Shown here one piece after another: positions 19,314-28,270 of a stretch of 37,784 nucleotides of DNA. Position 1 is the stretch's first letter, and every line of letters starts with the position of its first letter. The translations under genes and the position numbers were made by a program. Source of the stretch: a virus (lineage: Duplodnaviria; Heunggongvirae; Uroviricota; Caudoviricetes). The DNA lies in IMG/VR virus record IMGVR_UViG_2529292883_000004, positions 1 to 37,784 of that record. One strand, 5' to 3'. The notes beneath the pieces are model-generated. The model ran no database searches. It was not told where the DNA came from and worked only from the letters and a program-made list of their open reading frames with translations.

Positions 19314-19715
19314 TCACGGTACCGTGACCGGATTGCGCAGAAAGATTTTCTCTTTCTCCAGCGCCACGCTCAGATCATCAATGTCCCAGCTTTCATCAAA
19401 AATCACCCGGTTTGCGTTGAACTCACCCATCAGGTAGACACCGGCCAGCACATCACCGGACGAGGCATCCGCCATGTCCGCCAGAATCGCCACCGGCGTT
19501 TCGCTGCCGTCCGTCACGCCTGCCCCCTGCTTGCAGAGGGTGTACGCCCCACTTTCCGTGATGCGCCCCAGCACCGTACCGCGCTGATACACCTCGCCAC
19601 CAGTGATGGTCACAGTTTTTGTGACCACCTGAAGCGGTCCGCACAGCAGCTGGTCCGGCTGGTATGCACCGGACCAGTAACCCGGTACCGACGGGTTGTT
19701 TCCGTATGTGCTCAT
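19314..19715 (-). CDS. Head decoration protein (lambda gpD-like)
   Basis: 133 aa between the scaffold and capsid genes; the ...VAILADMADASSGDVLAGVY... pattern resembles the gpD family as recalled. Confidence 0.7.
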   Translation of the reverse strand: MSTYGNNPSVPGYWSGAYQPDQLLCGPLQVVTKTVTITGGEVYQRGTVLGRITESGAYTLCKQGAGVTDGSETPVAILADMADASSGDVLAGVYLMGEFNANRVIFDESWDIDDLSVALEKEKIFLRNPVTVP

Positions 19716-20293
19716 TGCGCTTTACCTCCCGTCGCCTCGTTGTACAGTTTCATGGCGTGCTGTGCCATCGCGTGCGCCTCCGTCGGTGCAGGGCGGACAT
19801 CACGTCCGGTTCCCGGCTGTGGTACATGCTGCATACGGGAAGTCAGTCCGCCTTTCTGGCCTGCGCCCCCTGCCACCGCCGCTTTCATCACGGCTCTGGC
19901 CTGTTTCACACTCATGCGGGTGTTGAAGGCCAGCTCTGCGGCAAGGGCCGGATTTTTCGCTGCATACGGCGTGGCGAAGATGGCTGCGCAGCGATGACGT
20001 TCGCTGGCGCGGGCCTTTTCTTCGTCATCGTCGTCTTCTGCGTTTTCATCGTCGTCGTTATCGTCATCATCCGCACGGGAGCGCGCCTTACGGCTTTCGC
20101 GGCAGTTTTCGTCGTCATCCGCCTGTCCGTCGTCGTCGTTATCGTCGTCATCCGCACGGGAGCGCGCCTTACGGCTTTCGCGACGATCCTCGTCATCCTC
20201 CGCATTCTCCCCGTCGCGTTTGTCCTCCGGATCGTCATCCATTCGCGAACGACCGCCCATGCCTACCAGGTGCATGAAAGAAAATTTACCCAT
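19712..20293 (-). CDS. Putative head scaffolding protein with acidic repeat region
   Basis: 193 aa, translationally coupled to the protease gene (8-nt overlap). Highly acidic N-terminal half containing the duplicated RESRKARSRADDDDNDDD unit; helical Ala-rich C-terminal half. Confidence 0.5.
   Translation of the reverse strand: MGKFSFMHLVGMGGRSRMDDDPEDKRDGENAEDDEDRRESRKARSRADDDDNDDDGQADDDENCRESRKARSRADDDDNDDDENAEDDDDEEKARASERHRCAAIFATPYAAKNPALAAELAFNTRMSVKQARAVMKAAVAGGAGQKGGLTSRMQHVPQPGTGRDVRPAPTEAHAMAQHAMKLYNEATGGKAQ
20051..20182. repeat. In-frame 81-bp tandem duplication inside the scaffold gene
   Basis: Core gtcgtcgttatcgtc(a/g)tcatccgcacgggagcgcgccttacggctttcgcg occurs twice with an 81-bp period. 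Confidence 0.75.
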
Positions 20294-21146
20294 TGTTTGC
20301 TGTCTCCTTTAACAGAAAAGAAAAGGCCTCATCCGGCGACATCACGTCGTCGGCAAGCCCTGCCTGCACCCCTTCGTCAGCCCGCAACGTCCGGGCCTCA
20401 AGTGCACGCACCGCATCCGCGCTGATGCCACGGTTGCGGGCAACGGTTTCGATAAAAAGCGTGCCTGCAGCGTCAGTGTCCGCCTGAAGTGCCGCCTGTG
20501 CCGCCTCACTCAGCGGACGCAGCGGACTGGTCTCCGCCTTCCGGCTGCCGCAGGTGATGATGGTCACGTTCAGCCCCTCATCCTTCATCTGGCGCGACAT
20601 GTCACAGTGCACGTAGATGACACCGACGGATCCCACGCCGCCCGTGCGGGGGACCAGGATCCGGTCGGCGGCGCTGGCAAGGGCATAGGCCGCCGAGTAC
20701 GCCGACTCCGAGAGAATGGCGTGCACCGGTTTCTGCCCGCGACAGGCAAAAATCGTGTCCACCAGATCAAAACACCCGGCCACTTCTCCGCCGGGTGAAT
20801 CGATATCAAGACAGATGCCCTTAACATCAGGGTCGTTAAGCGCCGTCAGAAAATTTCGCCGGATGCCGTCATACCCCGTCATGCCGGAGTAAGGCCGTAG
20901 CGTCCCCAGTTTCTGTACCAGGGTGCCGTGCACGGGAATGATGGCGATCCCTTCCAGAATGTCGTACCCGCTTTCACGGGCGGGACGGCAGAAATCGTCT
21001 TCATCATCGTCATACCAGGCCCCCGTTTTTATCCGGGTGATCCCGAGTCGTTCTGCCAGTGCCGTAACAATGATTTCCGCTTTTCGCGGATGAATGGCCA
21101 GCGGCGTGTTCAGCAGGCGCTGGCTTAACAGTGCAAGTTGATTCAT
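20286..21146 (-). CDS. Head maturation protease, S49 (SppA/ClpP-like) family (lambda gpC-like)
   Basis: 286 aa, immediately downstream of the portal gene, with Gly-rich motifs typical of S49 peptidases (GGEVAGCFD...GGVGSVGVIYVHCDMS). Confidence 0.75.
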   Translation of the reverse strand: MNQLALLSQRLLNTPLAIHPRKAEIIVTALAERLGITRIKTGAWYDDDEDDFCRPARESGYDILEGIAIIPVHGTLVQKLGTLRPYSGMTGYDGIRRNFLTALNDPDVKGICLDIDSPGGEVAGCFDLVDTIFACRGQKPVHAILSESAYSAAYALASAADRILVPRTGGVGSVGVIYVHCDMSRQMKDEGLNVTIITCGSRKAETSPLRPLSEAAQAALQADTDAAGTLFIETVARNRGISADAVRALEARTLRADEGVQAGLADDVMSPDEAFSFLLKETANNG

Positions 21147-22783
21147 GAAACATCAGGCTCCTTCGGCTCTGCCGGGTCACTGCCCGTCGGTGTGGAGGCA
21201 AACTGCTCTGCCTGAAACCAGGAAGGCGGTGTCAGGCCTCTTTCCTTAAAGGCCCGCTCTTCTCGCGCCCGCTGATCGAGAATGTCCTCGAAATCTTCCC
21301 CCACGTTCTCAGCCACTTCGATTTCCAGCGTGGACATGCCGGCCTCCATCGCCAGAATCGCCCCTTTTTTCTCCGCGACCGGATCCACCCAGCCACGCCC
21401 CGGTCCCATCCAGTGGGCACGGGTGTAAGCGGCCCGCGCCGCCAGAAAATCCGGTGCGCCTGCAGGCAGCGGCAAATCCTCTTCTTCGTGCAGCTCTTCC
21501 AGAAACGCCGTCAGCACCGGCTGGGCAAAGCCAACCGCAAACTCATCACGACGGCGGGTCAGTGTTTTCCACGCCTCAAGGAGTGCCGCACGGGCAGAGC
21601 TGTAGTTAACGTCCGACCAGTCCTGTGTCACCTGCTGGGTGGACAGACCCAGTGCAGCGGCAATATTCCTGAGCACCGTGCCCTCGAACTCCTTAAAGTT
21701 ACTGACCGGGCGGGCGGCGCTCACGGCTTTTGGCTCTTCGCCGGGGAACGTGATGGGAATACGCACGCCCGACATCGAAATCCGGTTAGTATCGTGATAC
21801 TTCATGCGCGCATCCTGGTAGCCATTAATCACCTCCGCGTCACTCATCAGATCTTCTGTCAGTTTCGGGTCATAGGGCGACGTGATGAAAAAACCGAACA
21901 TGGCATTGATGATGGCGGCTTCCAGCTCCACCTGGTCGTACTTGATAAGCATTTTCAGACGCTGAACCACGGGATTGAGAATACCGACACCACGATGCTG
22001 GCCCGCACGGTCATGATCAAAGTCATGCACCACCACCGGCCTTCCCCACGACGTTTCACGCGGCACGCGTTCCCAGTGCATCGTGTCACTGCCGCTCCAC
22101 CAGTCCCCCATGTGTGCGGACCGGATGTGATAGGCTACCGGCACCCCGTCCGCGTCAATTTCCACACCGCCACGAATATGCGGCATGTCAAACGCATCGT
22201 TCGGGTTACTCAGCCGGTCGGGGTCAATCACCTGTACCACCGTACCGTAACGCCCGCGACCGGGGGCTATTCTGTCCGGTCGCCAGTGGATGACCGCCAG
22301 CGCATCGCCGTCGATCATCTTGTGGCGGAATGCCAGCCGGAAAAGCTGCGGCAGGGTCTGTCTGCGTTCAAGGTCGCAGTAACACCCGGCATCACTGGCC
22401 CAGTTGCGCCAGTGTGCCTCCACACAGCGCCCGTACTCATCCGCCCAGTCTGCATCAAATGCCCGGTTGCCGGTCATCTCTGCCAGCATCCGGTAGTCAG
22501 GCTTCATCCTCGGGCGAAAAACCACCCCCATGGCATTGTCCAGCAGACGGGTGATACTGCCATTCGCCCAGCCGTCATTGCGGACAAGGTCGCGCATTCT
22601 GGCAACCATACGGTTACGCCAGATATTCACTTCATTGTCCGGTGACCACAGTACCGGGTTCCAGCCCGCCACCGAACCGTGCGAGAAACCGGCAGAGTCG
22701 TAGGGGATCCGCCCGCTGTCATTCAGTGCGCGTTTTTTTTCCGTCTGTTGCGGAAAAGGTCTGCCATTTTTATCGACTATCAT
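21143..22783 (-). CDS. Portal protein (lambda gpB-like)
   Basis: 546 aa, positioned between the W-like gene and the protease gene. Confidence 0.8.
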   Translation of the reverse strand: MIVDKNGRPFPQQTEKKRALNDSGRIPYDSAGFSHGSVAGWNPVLWSPDNEVNIWRNRMVARMRDLVRNDGWANGSITRLLDNAMGVVFRPRMKPDYRMLAEMTGNRAFDADWADEYGRCVEAHWRNWASDAGCYCDLERRQTLPQLFRLAFRHKMIDGDALAVIHWRPDRIAPGRGRYGTVVQVIDPDRLSNPNDAFDMPHIRGGVEIDADGVPVAYHIRSAHMGDWWSGSDTMHWERVPRETSWGRPVVVHDFDHDRAGQHRGVGILNPVVQRLKMLIKYDQVELEAAIINAMFGFFITSPYDPKLTEDLMSDAEVINGYQDARMKYHDTNRISMSGVRIPITFPGEEPKAVSAARPVSNFKEFEGTVLRNIAAALGLSTQQVTQDWSDVNYSSARAALLEAWKTLTRRRDEFAVGFAQPVLTAFLEELHEEEDLPLPAGAPDFLAARAAYTRAHWMGPGRGWVDPVAEKKGAILAMEAGMSTLEIEVAENVGEDFEDILDQRAREERAFKERGLTPPSWFQAEQFASTPTGSDPAEPKEPDVS

Positions 22784-22791
22784 CGCTCACC

Positions 22792-23013
22792 TCAGTAACG
22801 CACGCTCAGAGACCTTCTCGTCCTTATCCCCAGCGCCCGCTGGAGCGTCGCGATCAGCGCCAGCAAATCCGCACTGCTGGCCTGTGAATAAGTCACGGTG
22901 CGCGTGCCGTCCCCCTGTGCATAGGAGAAACTCACGCCACGCCGCCCTGAAAGCAGCTCAATATAGGCCGCCTGAGCTTCATTCAGTGCCGCCTTCAGTT
23001 GTTCTTTTGACAT
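22792..23013 (-). CDS. Head-tail joining protein W-like
   Basis: Starts at the internal ATG (MSKEQLKAALNEAQAAYIELLSG...); about 73 aa, resembling lambda gpW in size and helix pattern, directly after the large terminase gene. Confidence 0.6.
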   Translation of the reverse strand: MSKEQLKAALNEAQAAYIELLSGRRGVSFSYAQGDGTRTVTYSQASSADLLALIATLQRALGIRTRRSLSVRY

Positions 23014-23039
23014 TCCGGCAAACACGCCGGGGGTATTCA

Positions 23040-25019
23040 TCATCGTCTCACTCCTGCAAGCCTCATATGCAGCGGTATTTTCTTACGGGGTGTCTCCGGT
23101 GCTTTTGCGCCCGGCATACTTAAACTGATTTTTTCTTCCGGCTGCGCGGGAGGCGGCTCCATGAATGACAGATCCTGCGCCGCCCGTTCAGCCAGACTGT
23201 TCAGTTTCAGACCGTGATGCAGCAGCCCCTTCAGGGCCGCGTAACCGTACACCATGCAGTCCAGCGCCTCATTCGCCCGCCCGGCAGACAACTCCCAGAC
23301 ACGGTACACCTGCCCGCCGTTCTCCTTACGCACCAGACGCTCAGAGAGCAGCTGACTGAAATAATGCAAATCCAGAAACGACGGAAAATGGATACAGCCT
23401 GCGGCAGGCGCGCCTGCCGGATCCGGCTCAATATGGAGCCGGTGCCTGATGTCGTCCTTCGCGGAGTTCACCCCCAGAATGACGGGGCGGAAGGATTTCC
23501 GGTTGCGGGACGAAACGACACGCGTCGGCCAGACAGGGTTACGTTTACCGCCCGTCGCCGACTCACCTTTTGTCGCCCAGATACGACGCCCGATACGCGC
23601 CTTCGAGAACTCATACACTTTGTTGGTGTGATGACCGCCCGAGTCATGGCAGACCGCCGAGAGCGTCAGCCCGAAACCGTCAGCCCGCCGCCAGACCTGC
23701 TTCAGATACGCATCAAGGCGCTCCCACGGCTCTTCTGTTTCAAGGTCACCAAAAATCATGTCATGCGCAATCACCCAGCATTCTTCGTTCATGCCCCAGC
23801 CGAGAACGGTGATTTCGAAGCGGTCATCCTGCGTATCCACCCCGGCGGTGAGCAGGAGCACGCCATACGGCACCTCCGCCCCCCAGACCTCAACGCGGGC
23901 GATCAGCCGCTGCTCACTCATCGCAAACTCGCCTGCATCCTCGTAAGGCTCGCCCAGCGTGGTATTGATGAATGTCTGGCGCATCAGCGGATCGTCCTTC
24001 ACCCTCAGCCATTCGGCGACCAGATTCGGCCAGGAGGCATTTGAGTGCGGGCTGTAGCCCGTCCAGATATGAAAACCGGCATGCCCCCTGAATGGTGCAC
24101 CGGCGCGCCATTCGCCTTTTTCCAGCATCCCGGGCAGTTCACTGTGCACAATCACACAGCCGTGGTGGCGGCACAGGTAGTAAGCGGTCTCCGGCAGCCC
24201 GTTATCTTCGCTGTCCTTTTCCCACTTGATGCCGTAAGGGGTGCTTTTGCTGCCCCACTCCAGCACCTGATATTCACCGCAGTGAGGACAGGGCACGAAG
24301 TAGCGGCGCTGATCGCTTTCCAGCCAGGCTTTTTCAATACGGCTCACGCCTTTCACGGTTGGCGTTGAGCCGAGAACAATCTTGCGGTTCCAGAAGGTTT
24401 CGGAACGTTTTGTTCCCAGCGCAATCTGATCCCCTTCGGACCCTGCGCCCCCTGCCGGATACCCGTCCACCTCATCAAAAAGGATGATGCGGCATGTGAT
24501 ACGGCGAAAACCGCCGGGGGAGTTGGCCCCGACCAGCGTGAGGTTTGCGCCGTTGGAAAAGGTTTTGCGAAGAATGGTCTGGTTGCTGTTTTTTGCCTTC
24601 GGGTCGCCGCTGATGGCTGCCAGCACCGGCGTGTCGCGCAGCATCGGGGCAATTTCGGTTTTACTGTAGTCTTCGGCATCCTCCACCCTCGGCTGAACCA
24701 CCAGGATGGGGGACGGATCATGTGCCAGGTAATAGCCCACCACATGATCAAGAATTTTCGTGTATCCCACACGGGCTGATTTCATCACAGACACATACGT
24801 GACTGACGGGTCGGTGATGGCATCCATTATGCCGTCCTGATAGGGATAGGAGCGGAATTTCCCCGTCTGGGCACTGGTCTCACGGGACAGTACAGCGAAG
24901 GTGTTGGCCCACTGGCTTAAGGATAATGGCGGCGGAGGCGCAAGATAACGCGGACACGAAAGCAGCGCATCCTCAAACTGTATCTCCGTGGGTTTCGCGC
25001 CTGTCAAATGCAAGTTCAT
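23040..25019 (-). CDS. Terminase large subunit (lambda gpA-like)
   Basis: 659 aa; motifs VMKSARVGYTK, ILFDEVDGYP, CPHCGEYQVLEWG, FHIWTGYSP and NEALDC parallel lambda A as recalled. Confidence 0.9.
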   Translation of the reverse strand: MNLHLTGAKPTEIQFEDALLSCPRYLAPPPPLSLSQWANTFAVLSRETSAQTGKFRSYPYQDGIMDAITDPSVTYVSVMKSARVGYTKILDHVVGYYLAHDPSPILVVQPRVEDAEDYSKTEIAPMLRDTPVLAAISGDPKAKNSNQTILRKTFSNGANLTLVGANSPGGFRRITCRIILFDEVDGYPAGGAGSEGDQIALGTKRSETFWNRKIVLGSTPTVKGVSRIEKAWLESDQRRYFVPCPHCGEYQVLEWGSKSTPYGIKWEKDSEDNGLPETAYYLCRHHGCVIVHSELPGMLEKGEWRAGAPFRGHAGFHIWTGYSPHSNASWPNLVAEWLRVKDDPLMRQTFINTTLGEPYEDAGEFAMSEQRLIARVEVWGAEVPYGVLLLTAGVDTQDDRFEITVLGWGMNEECWVIAHDMIFGDLETEEPWERLDAYLKQVWRRADGFGLTLSAVCHDSGGHHTNKVYEFSKARIGRRIWATKGESATGGKRNPVWPTRVVSSRNRKSFRPVILGVNSAKDDIRHRLHIEPDPAGAPAAGCIHFPSFLDLHYFSQLLSERLVRKENGGQVYRVWELSAGRANEALDCMVYGYAALKGLLHHGLKLNSLAERAAQDLSFMEPPPAQPEEKISLSMPGAKAPETPRKKIPLHMRLAGVRR

Positions 25020-25590
25020 TCAGCGCCTCGTAAATCAGTTCCTGCAATGCCGCCGTGAATCCCTGATCGTCTGTCATCCCCGCCAGCGCCCGCAGACGGG
25101 GACCATGTTCCGGCGCAAGGGCAACAAGGCGCGTCCTCACCCGGGTATACTCCGCCCCGACCCGCTCAATGATGGGTTTCCAGGGAAGCAGTGTCCCTTT
25201 CTTTTCGTCATACTCGAGTTTTGCCAGCAGCGCGAAGTAGTTCTCTTTCATGGTTCTGGCTTCATCGAGCGTCATCATAGCTCCGTGGCTGGCAATGAAC
25301 TGTTCGACCCGTGCTTCTTTCGATACATCAGAGGAGTCATCGTACAGGGCAATGCTGTTACCTTCGTTGTTACCCGGAGTGTTACCTTCGGGTGTTACCC
25401 TGTTACCGAAAGTGTTACCTTTTTGCTCATTTTTTATTCGGGTAACAGTTTTCCGGTAACGCCGGATCCGCTCGTTTGAGGCATCAACATCGATGTCCTC
25501 ACCGTCCAGAACCAGCCAGCCACGGGCCTTCCACGCCGTTACCGTCTTGCGACTGACACCGTGAAGTTTTGCGAATTCCGCCTGATTCAT
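24973..25590 (-). CDS. Terminase small subunit (Nu1-like)
   Basis: 205 aa with an N-terminal HTH (MNQAEFAKLHGVSRKTVTAWKARGWLVL), just upstream of the large subunit gene. Contains a low-complexity GN-rich linker encoded by GGTAAC repeats. Confidence 0.8.
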   Translation of the reverse strand: MNQAEFAKLHGVSRKTVTAWKARGWLVLDGEDIDVDASNERIRRYRKTVTRIKNEQKGNTFGNRVTPEGNTPGNNEGNSIALYDDSSDVSKEARVEQFIASHGAMMTLDEARTMKENYFALLAKLEYDEKKGTLLPWKPIIERVGAEYTRVRTRLVALAPEHGPRLRALAGMTDDQGFTAALQELIYEALNELAFDRRETHGDTV

Positions 25591-25625
25591 CTGTTACCCT
25601 CTGTTACCTGTTACCCAAATTTCAA
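25350..25625. repeat. Array of at least 9 GGTAAC(A) hexamer repeats inside and just upstream of the small terminase gene (candidate terminase-binding, cosB-like sites)
   Basis: Plus strand shows gttacc repeatedly at 25365..25480, and three more copies immediately 5' of the ATG (minus strand gggtaacaggtaacagagggtaacag-ATG). Confidence 0.55.
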
Positions 25626-25821
25626 AATTTTATAGCTAGCGAAACACCGCGCTCGCGCAATGCCCGTGCAATAACTCGCTCAGGAAGGACCCGTTACCCT
25701 GCCAGGCGACAGTGTCGATATCCGTCTGCGGTTTCAAAAATCTCAAGATAACGATAAATCACAATGCCATCACAAAACCCTGTGATGATTTTTTCACGAC
25801 TGATGGTTTTCATATATTTCC

Positions 25822-26025
25822 TCACGTTTCATCAGACAATAACGCAACCAGATGGCAGGTCGCCTCCTTATTGAGAGGGAACACGAGCGTTTCACCTCCT
25901 GTGCGGTGGATATACAATGTCCTGCCCCCGGATTCATCTCTTTCAACATCAAGATATGAAACAACGGGGCGGCATATCGCTATGCCGCGTTCGCTAATGT
26001 GAGTTTTGTTTATGAGGTTATTCAT
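25822..26025 (-). CDS. Hypothetical small protein
   Basis: 67-aa ORF with no recognisable motif; orientation matches the late operon. Coding status uncertain. Confidence 0.25.
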   Translation of the reverse strand: MNNLINKTHISERGIAICRPVVSYLDVERDESGGRTLYIHRTGGETLVFPLNKEATCHLVALLSDET

Positions 26026-26110
26026 GGGAATACTCTCCGAATTAAATACACTTCTGGAAAAGATACCACTCTGAAAAAAACTTCAGTCAGTCCCACAGGA
26101 AATAGAAGAT

Positions 26111-26302
26111 TTGAAGCGAAGAGTTGCTGAACTGGAATCGAACCATTGTTCTGCAACCAGCGCACAATTCTGTCCCAAATGCCAAAGAGCGTCTTTTCAG
26201 CTCGACAGAACTGAAAATGATCCAACATTTGGAGTATTAGGCCTTCAGCGGGACATTTATGTTTGCAGAGAGTGTGGTTACTCTCGCCATGAATCACGTT
26301 AA
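26111..26302 (+). CDS. Hypothetical small zinc-ribbon protein (CxxC...CxxC), opposite strand to the late operon
   Basis: 63-codon ORF with a TTG start and paired CxxC motifs (CPKC ... CREC). It overlaps a minus-strand ORF of odd composition. Only one of the two is likely real. Confidence 0.3.
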   Translation: MKRRVAELESNHCSATSAQFCPKCQRASFQLDRTENDPTFGVLGLQRDIYVCRECGYSRHESR

Positions 26303-26350
26303 TAAAAACGCTGCTGGCACGTTCTTTCTTCAGGGCAGCAATGCCCTGCA

Positions 26351-27016
26351 TCACTTCGCCGTCTTTAAAGCCTGTTCAAGCACCACACTCAGCTCCGTCT
26401 TCATGAGACGCGATGCCATGTTGTGCGCCAGCGCCTGATAACCCAGTACCGGCGTGACCGGCAGTGCATCACCAAAACGTATCAACAGCTTTGGTGAGCG
26501 GCTTTTTTTGCGGGGAGCGCGTGTGCCATTGGGGGAGCGTTTTCTCCGCTTCCTGGTTTTTGCCACTTTTTTCGCTTTCTTACGCTGCCAGACGCCACCA
26601 ACATCCTCACCATAGTTGTTCGTCACCTTACCGATGAACACATCCGGTCTGGCCTTCAGCTGTTGCAGTTTTGCCTTTGGCAGGTTGCCGTATTTGTTCA
26701 GCCGGATATTTTTCGGGTTCAGTACAGCTTTCTGCCCCTCACCGAGATAATGCAGCCCGCCCACCTCAAAGGGTTCAAGGTAAGGCACGGCGGTATCCAT
26801 GATGAACACCCGACCGGTCAGATTGTCCCTTGTTGCCCCTTTTGAGCGCACCGAGTTCACGGTGAACGGCGTCGGGTTATCCAGCTTCCGGCGAAGGTTT
26901 TCTTTCTCTGCCGCTTCAATTTTTCTCACCGTGGCAGTGATGGCGCGCGCAGTGGCAAAACGCACCTGCTTCTGCATTCCCAGAAGCTGTCTGTGAAGGT
27001 CGTTAAGGTCAGCCAT
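26351..27016 (-). CDS. Hypothetical protein with a strongly basic K/R-rich C-terminal segment
   Basis: Start chosen at the ATG at 27016 (MADLNDLHRQ...) with an AGGTGG RBS. Contains KKAKKVAKTRKRRKRSPNGTRAPRKKSRSPK. No family recognised. Confidence 0.55.
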   Translation of the reverse strand: MADLNDLHRQLLGMQKQVRFATARAITATVRKIEAAEKENLRRKLDNPTPFTVNSVRSKGATRDNLTGRVFIMDTAVPYLEPFEVGGLHYLGEGQKAVLNPKNIRLNKYGNLPKAKLQQLKARPDVFIGKVTNNYGEDVGGVWQRKKAKKVAKTRKRRKRSPNGTRAPRKKSRSPKLLIRFGDALPVTPVLGYQALAHNMASRLMKTELSVVLEQALKTAK

Positions 27017-27083
27017 ATTCCACCTTCTCATGCTGCATTATCGCAGCCCCTCACTGAAGGGCTGCCCGGATTAACCAGCAGAA

Positions 27084-27615
27084 TCACACCATTCCGGGCA
27101 AATACATTTGCACTTCATTTGCTGCTCTCTCACGAGCAACATGAAGCAATCTTTTTCGCCCACCAACGCCCCACTTAGCCATTTGGCTTGCGCACTGGCT
27201 TATCGCTTTGGTTTCAGTATTGATGATGTGATCGATTCTATTCAGACGGGACATTGCGCCAACGCCGAGACGGACAACCGTTTTGAAAACTTCATAAACT
27301 TCGATTTCAAATTCCGGCTTAATCCATGCTGCATATCTGATTGCCAAAAGTTCAACACCCCACACACCTGGTTCTGCACCACCTTTGATTATTTTAAGTG
27401 GTTGAATTTTTTTCCAAAGTGCTTTTTTGCACTTTGGCCTCCAGTGCTTTTATGAAGCGTTTTATCTGCGCGCTACGCAAAAACTGGCTTGGGCGCTGTT
27501 GCTCTGTAGCCTCTCCATTTGCAACTGCTGCTGCATGGAGATCGTTTAAGTTGTAGCGTCCGTCCTCATCAATACGAACGGACACACCATTGACAATAAC
27601 TGTTTGGTACTTCAT
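27084..27615 (-). pseudogene. KilA-N domain gene split by a frameshift at a T7/A7 homopolymer
   Basis: ORF 27394..27615 (MKYQTVIVNGVSVRIDEDGRYNLNDLHAAA...) and ORF 27084..27365 (...GVELLAIRYAAWIKPEFEIEVYEV...) together match a KilA-N domain but are in different frames. The junction is at the run of seven T at plus 27407..27413. Confidence 0.6.
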
Positions 27616-27762
27616 CAGTGATCACCTTTTAGTGATGAACCTTGTCACACAGGATTCCGGCCCACAGAAAGGCACCGATCACCAAACCGGCATCCTCAAG
27701 GGTCATCCTGAAAGGTTCTGTGTTCATAAGTCGCGCGTGTGAAGCGCGTTTACTGCGGACAT

Positions 27763-27786
27763 AAAAAAGCCCCGCATCGCGAGGCT
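27763..27786 (-). terminator. Rho-independent terminator after the lysis cassette
   Basis: Minus strand hairpin gcctcgc-gat-gcggggc (one mismatch) followed by tttttt, about 30 nt after the Rz stop. Confidence 0.55.
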
Positions 27787-27817
27787 CATTAAATGGACTT
27801 TGTGATTTGCAAAAAAA

Positions 27818-28255
27818 TTATTTCAGGCACTGAGTTCTGATGTACTCCTGCAGGTAGTTAACCTGCGCGGTTATCCTGTCGATTCCACTTCGGAGACGGT
27901 AATAATTGAGTTCAGCATCTGCTGTAAGTCCTGGGCTTTCTCCATCGCCCATGCTGCTGGCTCCGGTCGTTGACTTTGCACAGGTGGCGGCGACTTGCAG
28001 GCGCTTACGACCAGCAGAAACATCAGCACGGAGGCTTTCGATAGTCGCGTTAGCATTAGCAAGCTCCTTTGTGTATCTGGCGTCAAGTTCTGCTAAATCA
28101 CGTTGACGCTTCTGCATGTCAGCGATTGTGGATGCGGCCTTATCGCGCTGCTCTTTGTAGGTAATGGCATTATTACGGTAATGATTAACAGCCAATGACA
28201 GGCAGACAATGATGCAGAAAACCAGAGGGGAGATAATCGCAGTAACTCTGCTCAT
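27818..28255 (-). CDS. Rz-like i-spanin
   Basis: 145 aa with an N-terminal transmembrane segment ([16 protein letters not shown]) then a coiled-coil-like periplasmic domain; contains an embedded +1-frame lipoprotein ORF. Confidence 0.8.
   Translation of the reverse strand: MSRVTAIISPLVFCIIVCLSLAVNHYRNNAITYKEQRDKAASTIADMQKRQRDLAELDARYTKELANANATIESLRADVSAGRKRLQVAATCAKSTTGASSMGDGESPGLTADAELNYYRLRSGIDRITAQVNYLQEYIRTQCLK
27871..28056 (-). CDS. Rz1-like o-spanin lipoprotein, embedded in Rz
   Basis: Embedded ORF with signal peptide plus lipobox ([20 protein letters not shown]) followed by a proline-rich segment ([13 protein letters not shown]). Start chosen at the internal ATG. Confidence 0.7.
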   Translation of the reverse strand: MLTRLSKASVLMFLLVVSACKSPPPVQSQRPEPAAWAMEKAQDLQQMLNSIITVSEVESTG

Positions 28256-28270
28256 ATTCAGCCCCTGCTG

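Noticed and set aside
19664-20425. 253-aa plus-strand ORF
   Set aside because: Antisense to the scaffold, D and protease junction; low-complexity composition produced by the acidic repeat on the coding strand.
21413-22645. 410-aa plus-strand ORF
   Set aside because: Antisense to the portal gene. His/Arg/Pro-rich composition typical of a shadow ORF in GC-rich coding DNA, with no sensible start context.
23214-24044. 276-aa plus-strand ORF
   Set aside because: Antisense shadow ORF inside the large terminase gene, which has clear lambda A-like motifs on the other strand.
26022-26354. 110-aa minus-strand ORF
   Set aside because: Overlaps the plus-strand zinc-ribbon candidate and has odd hydrophobic composition. 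One of the two is probably spurious and I cannot decide which, so neither is given high confidence.
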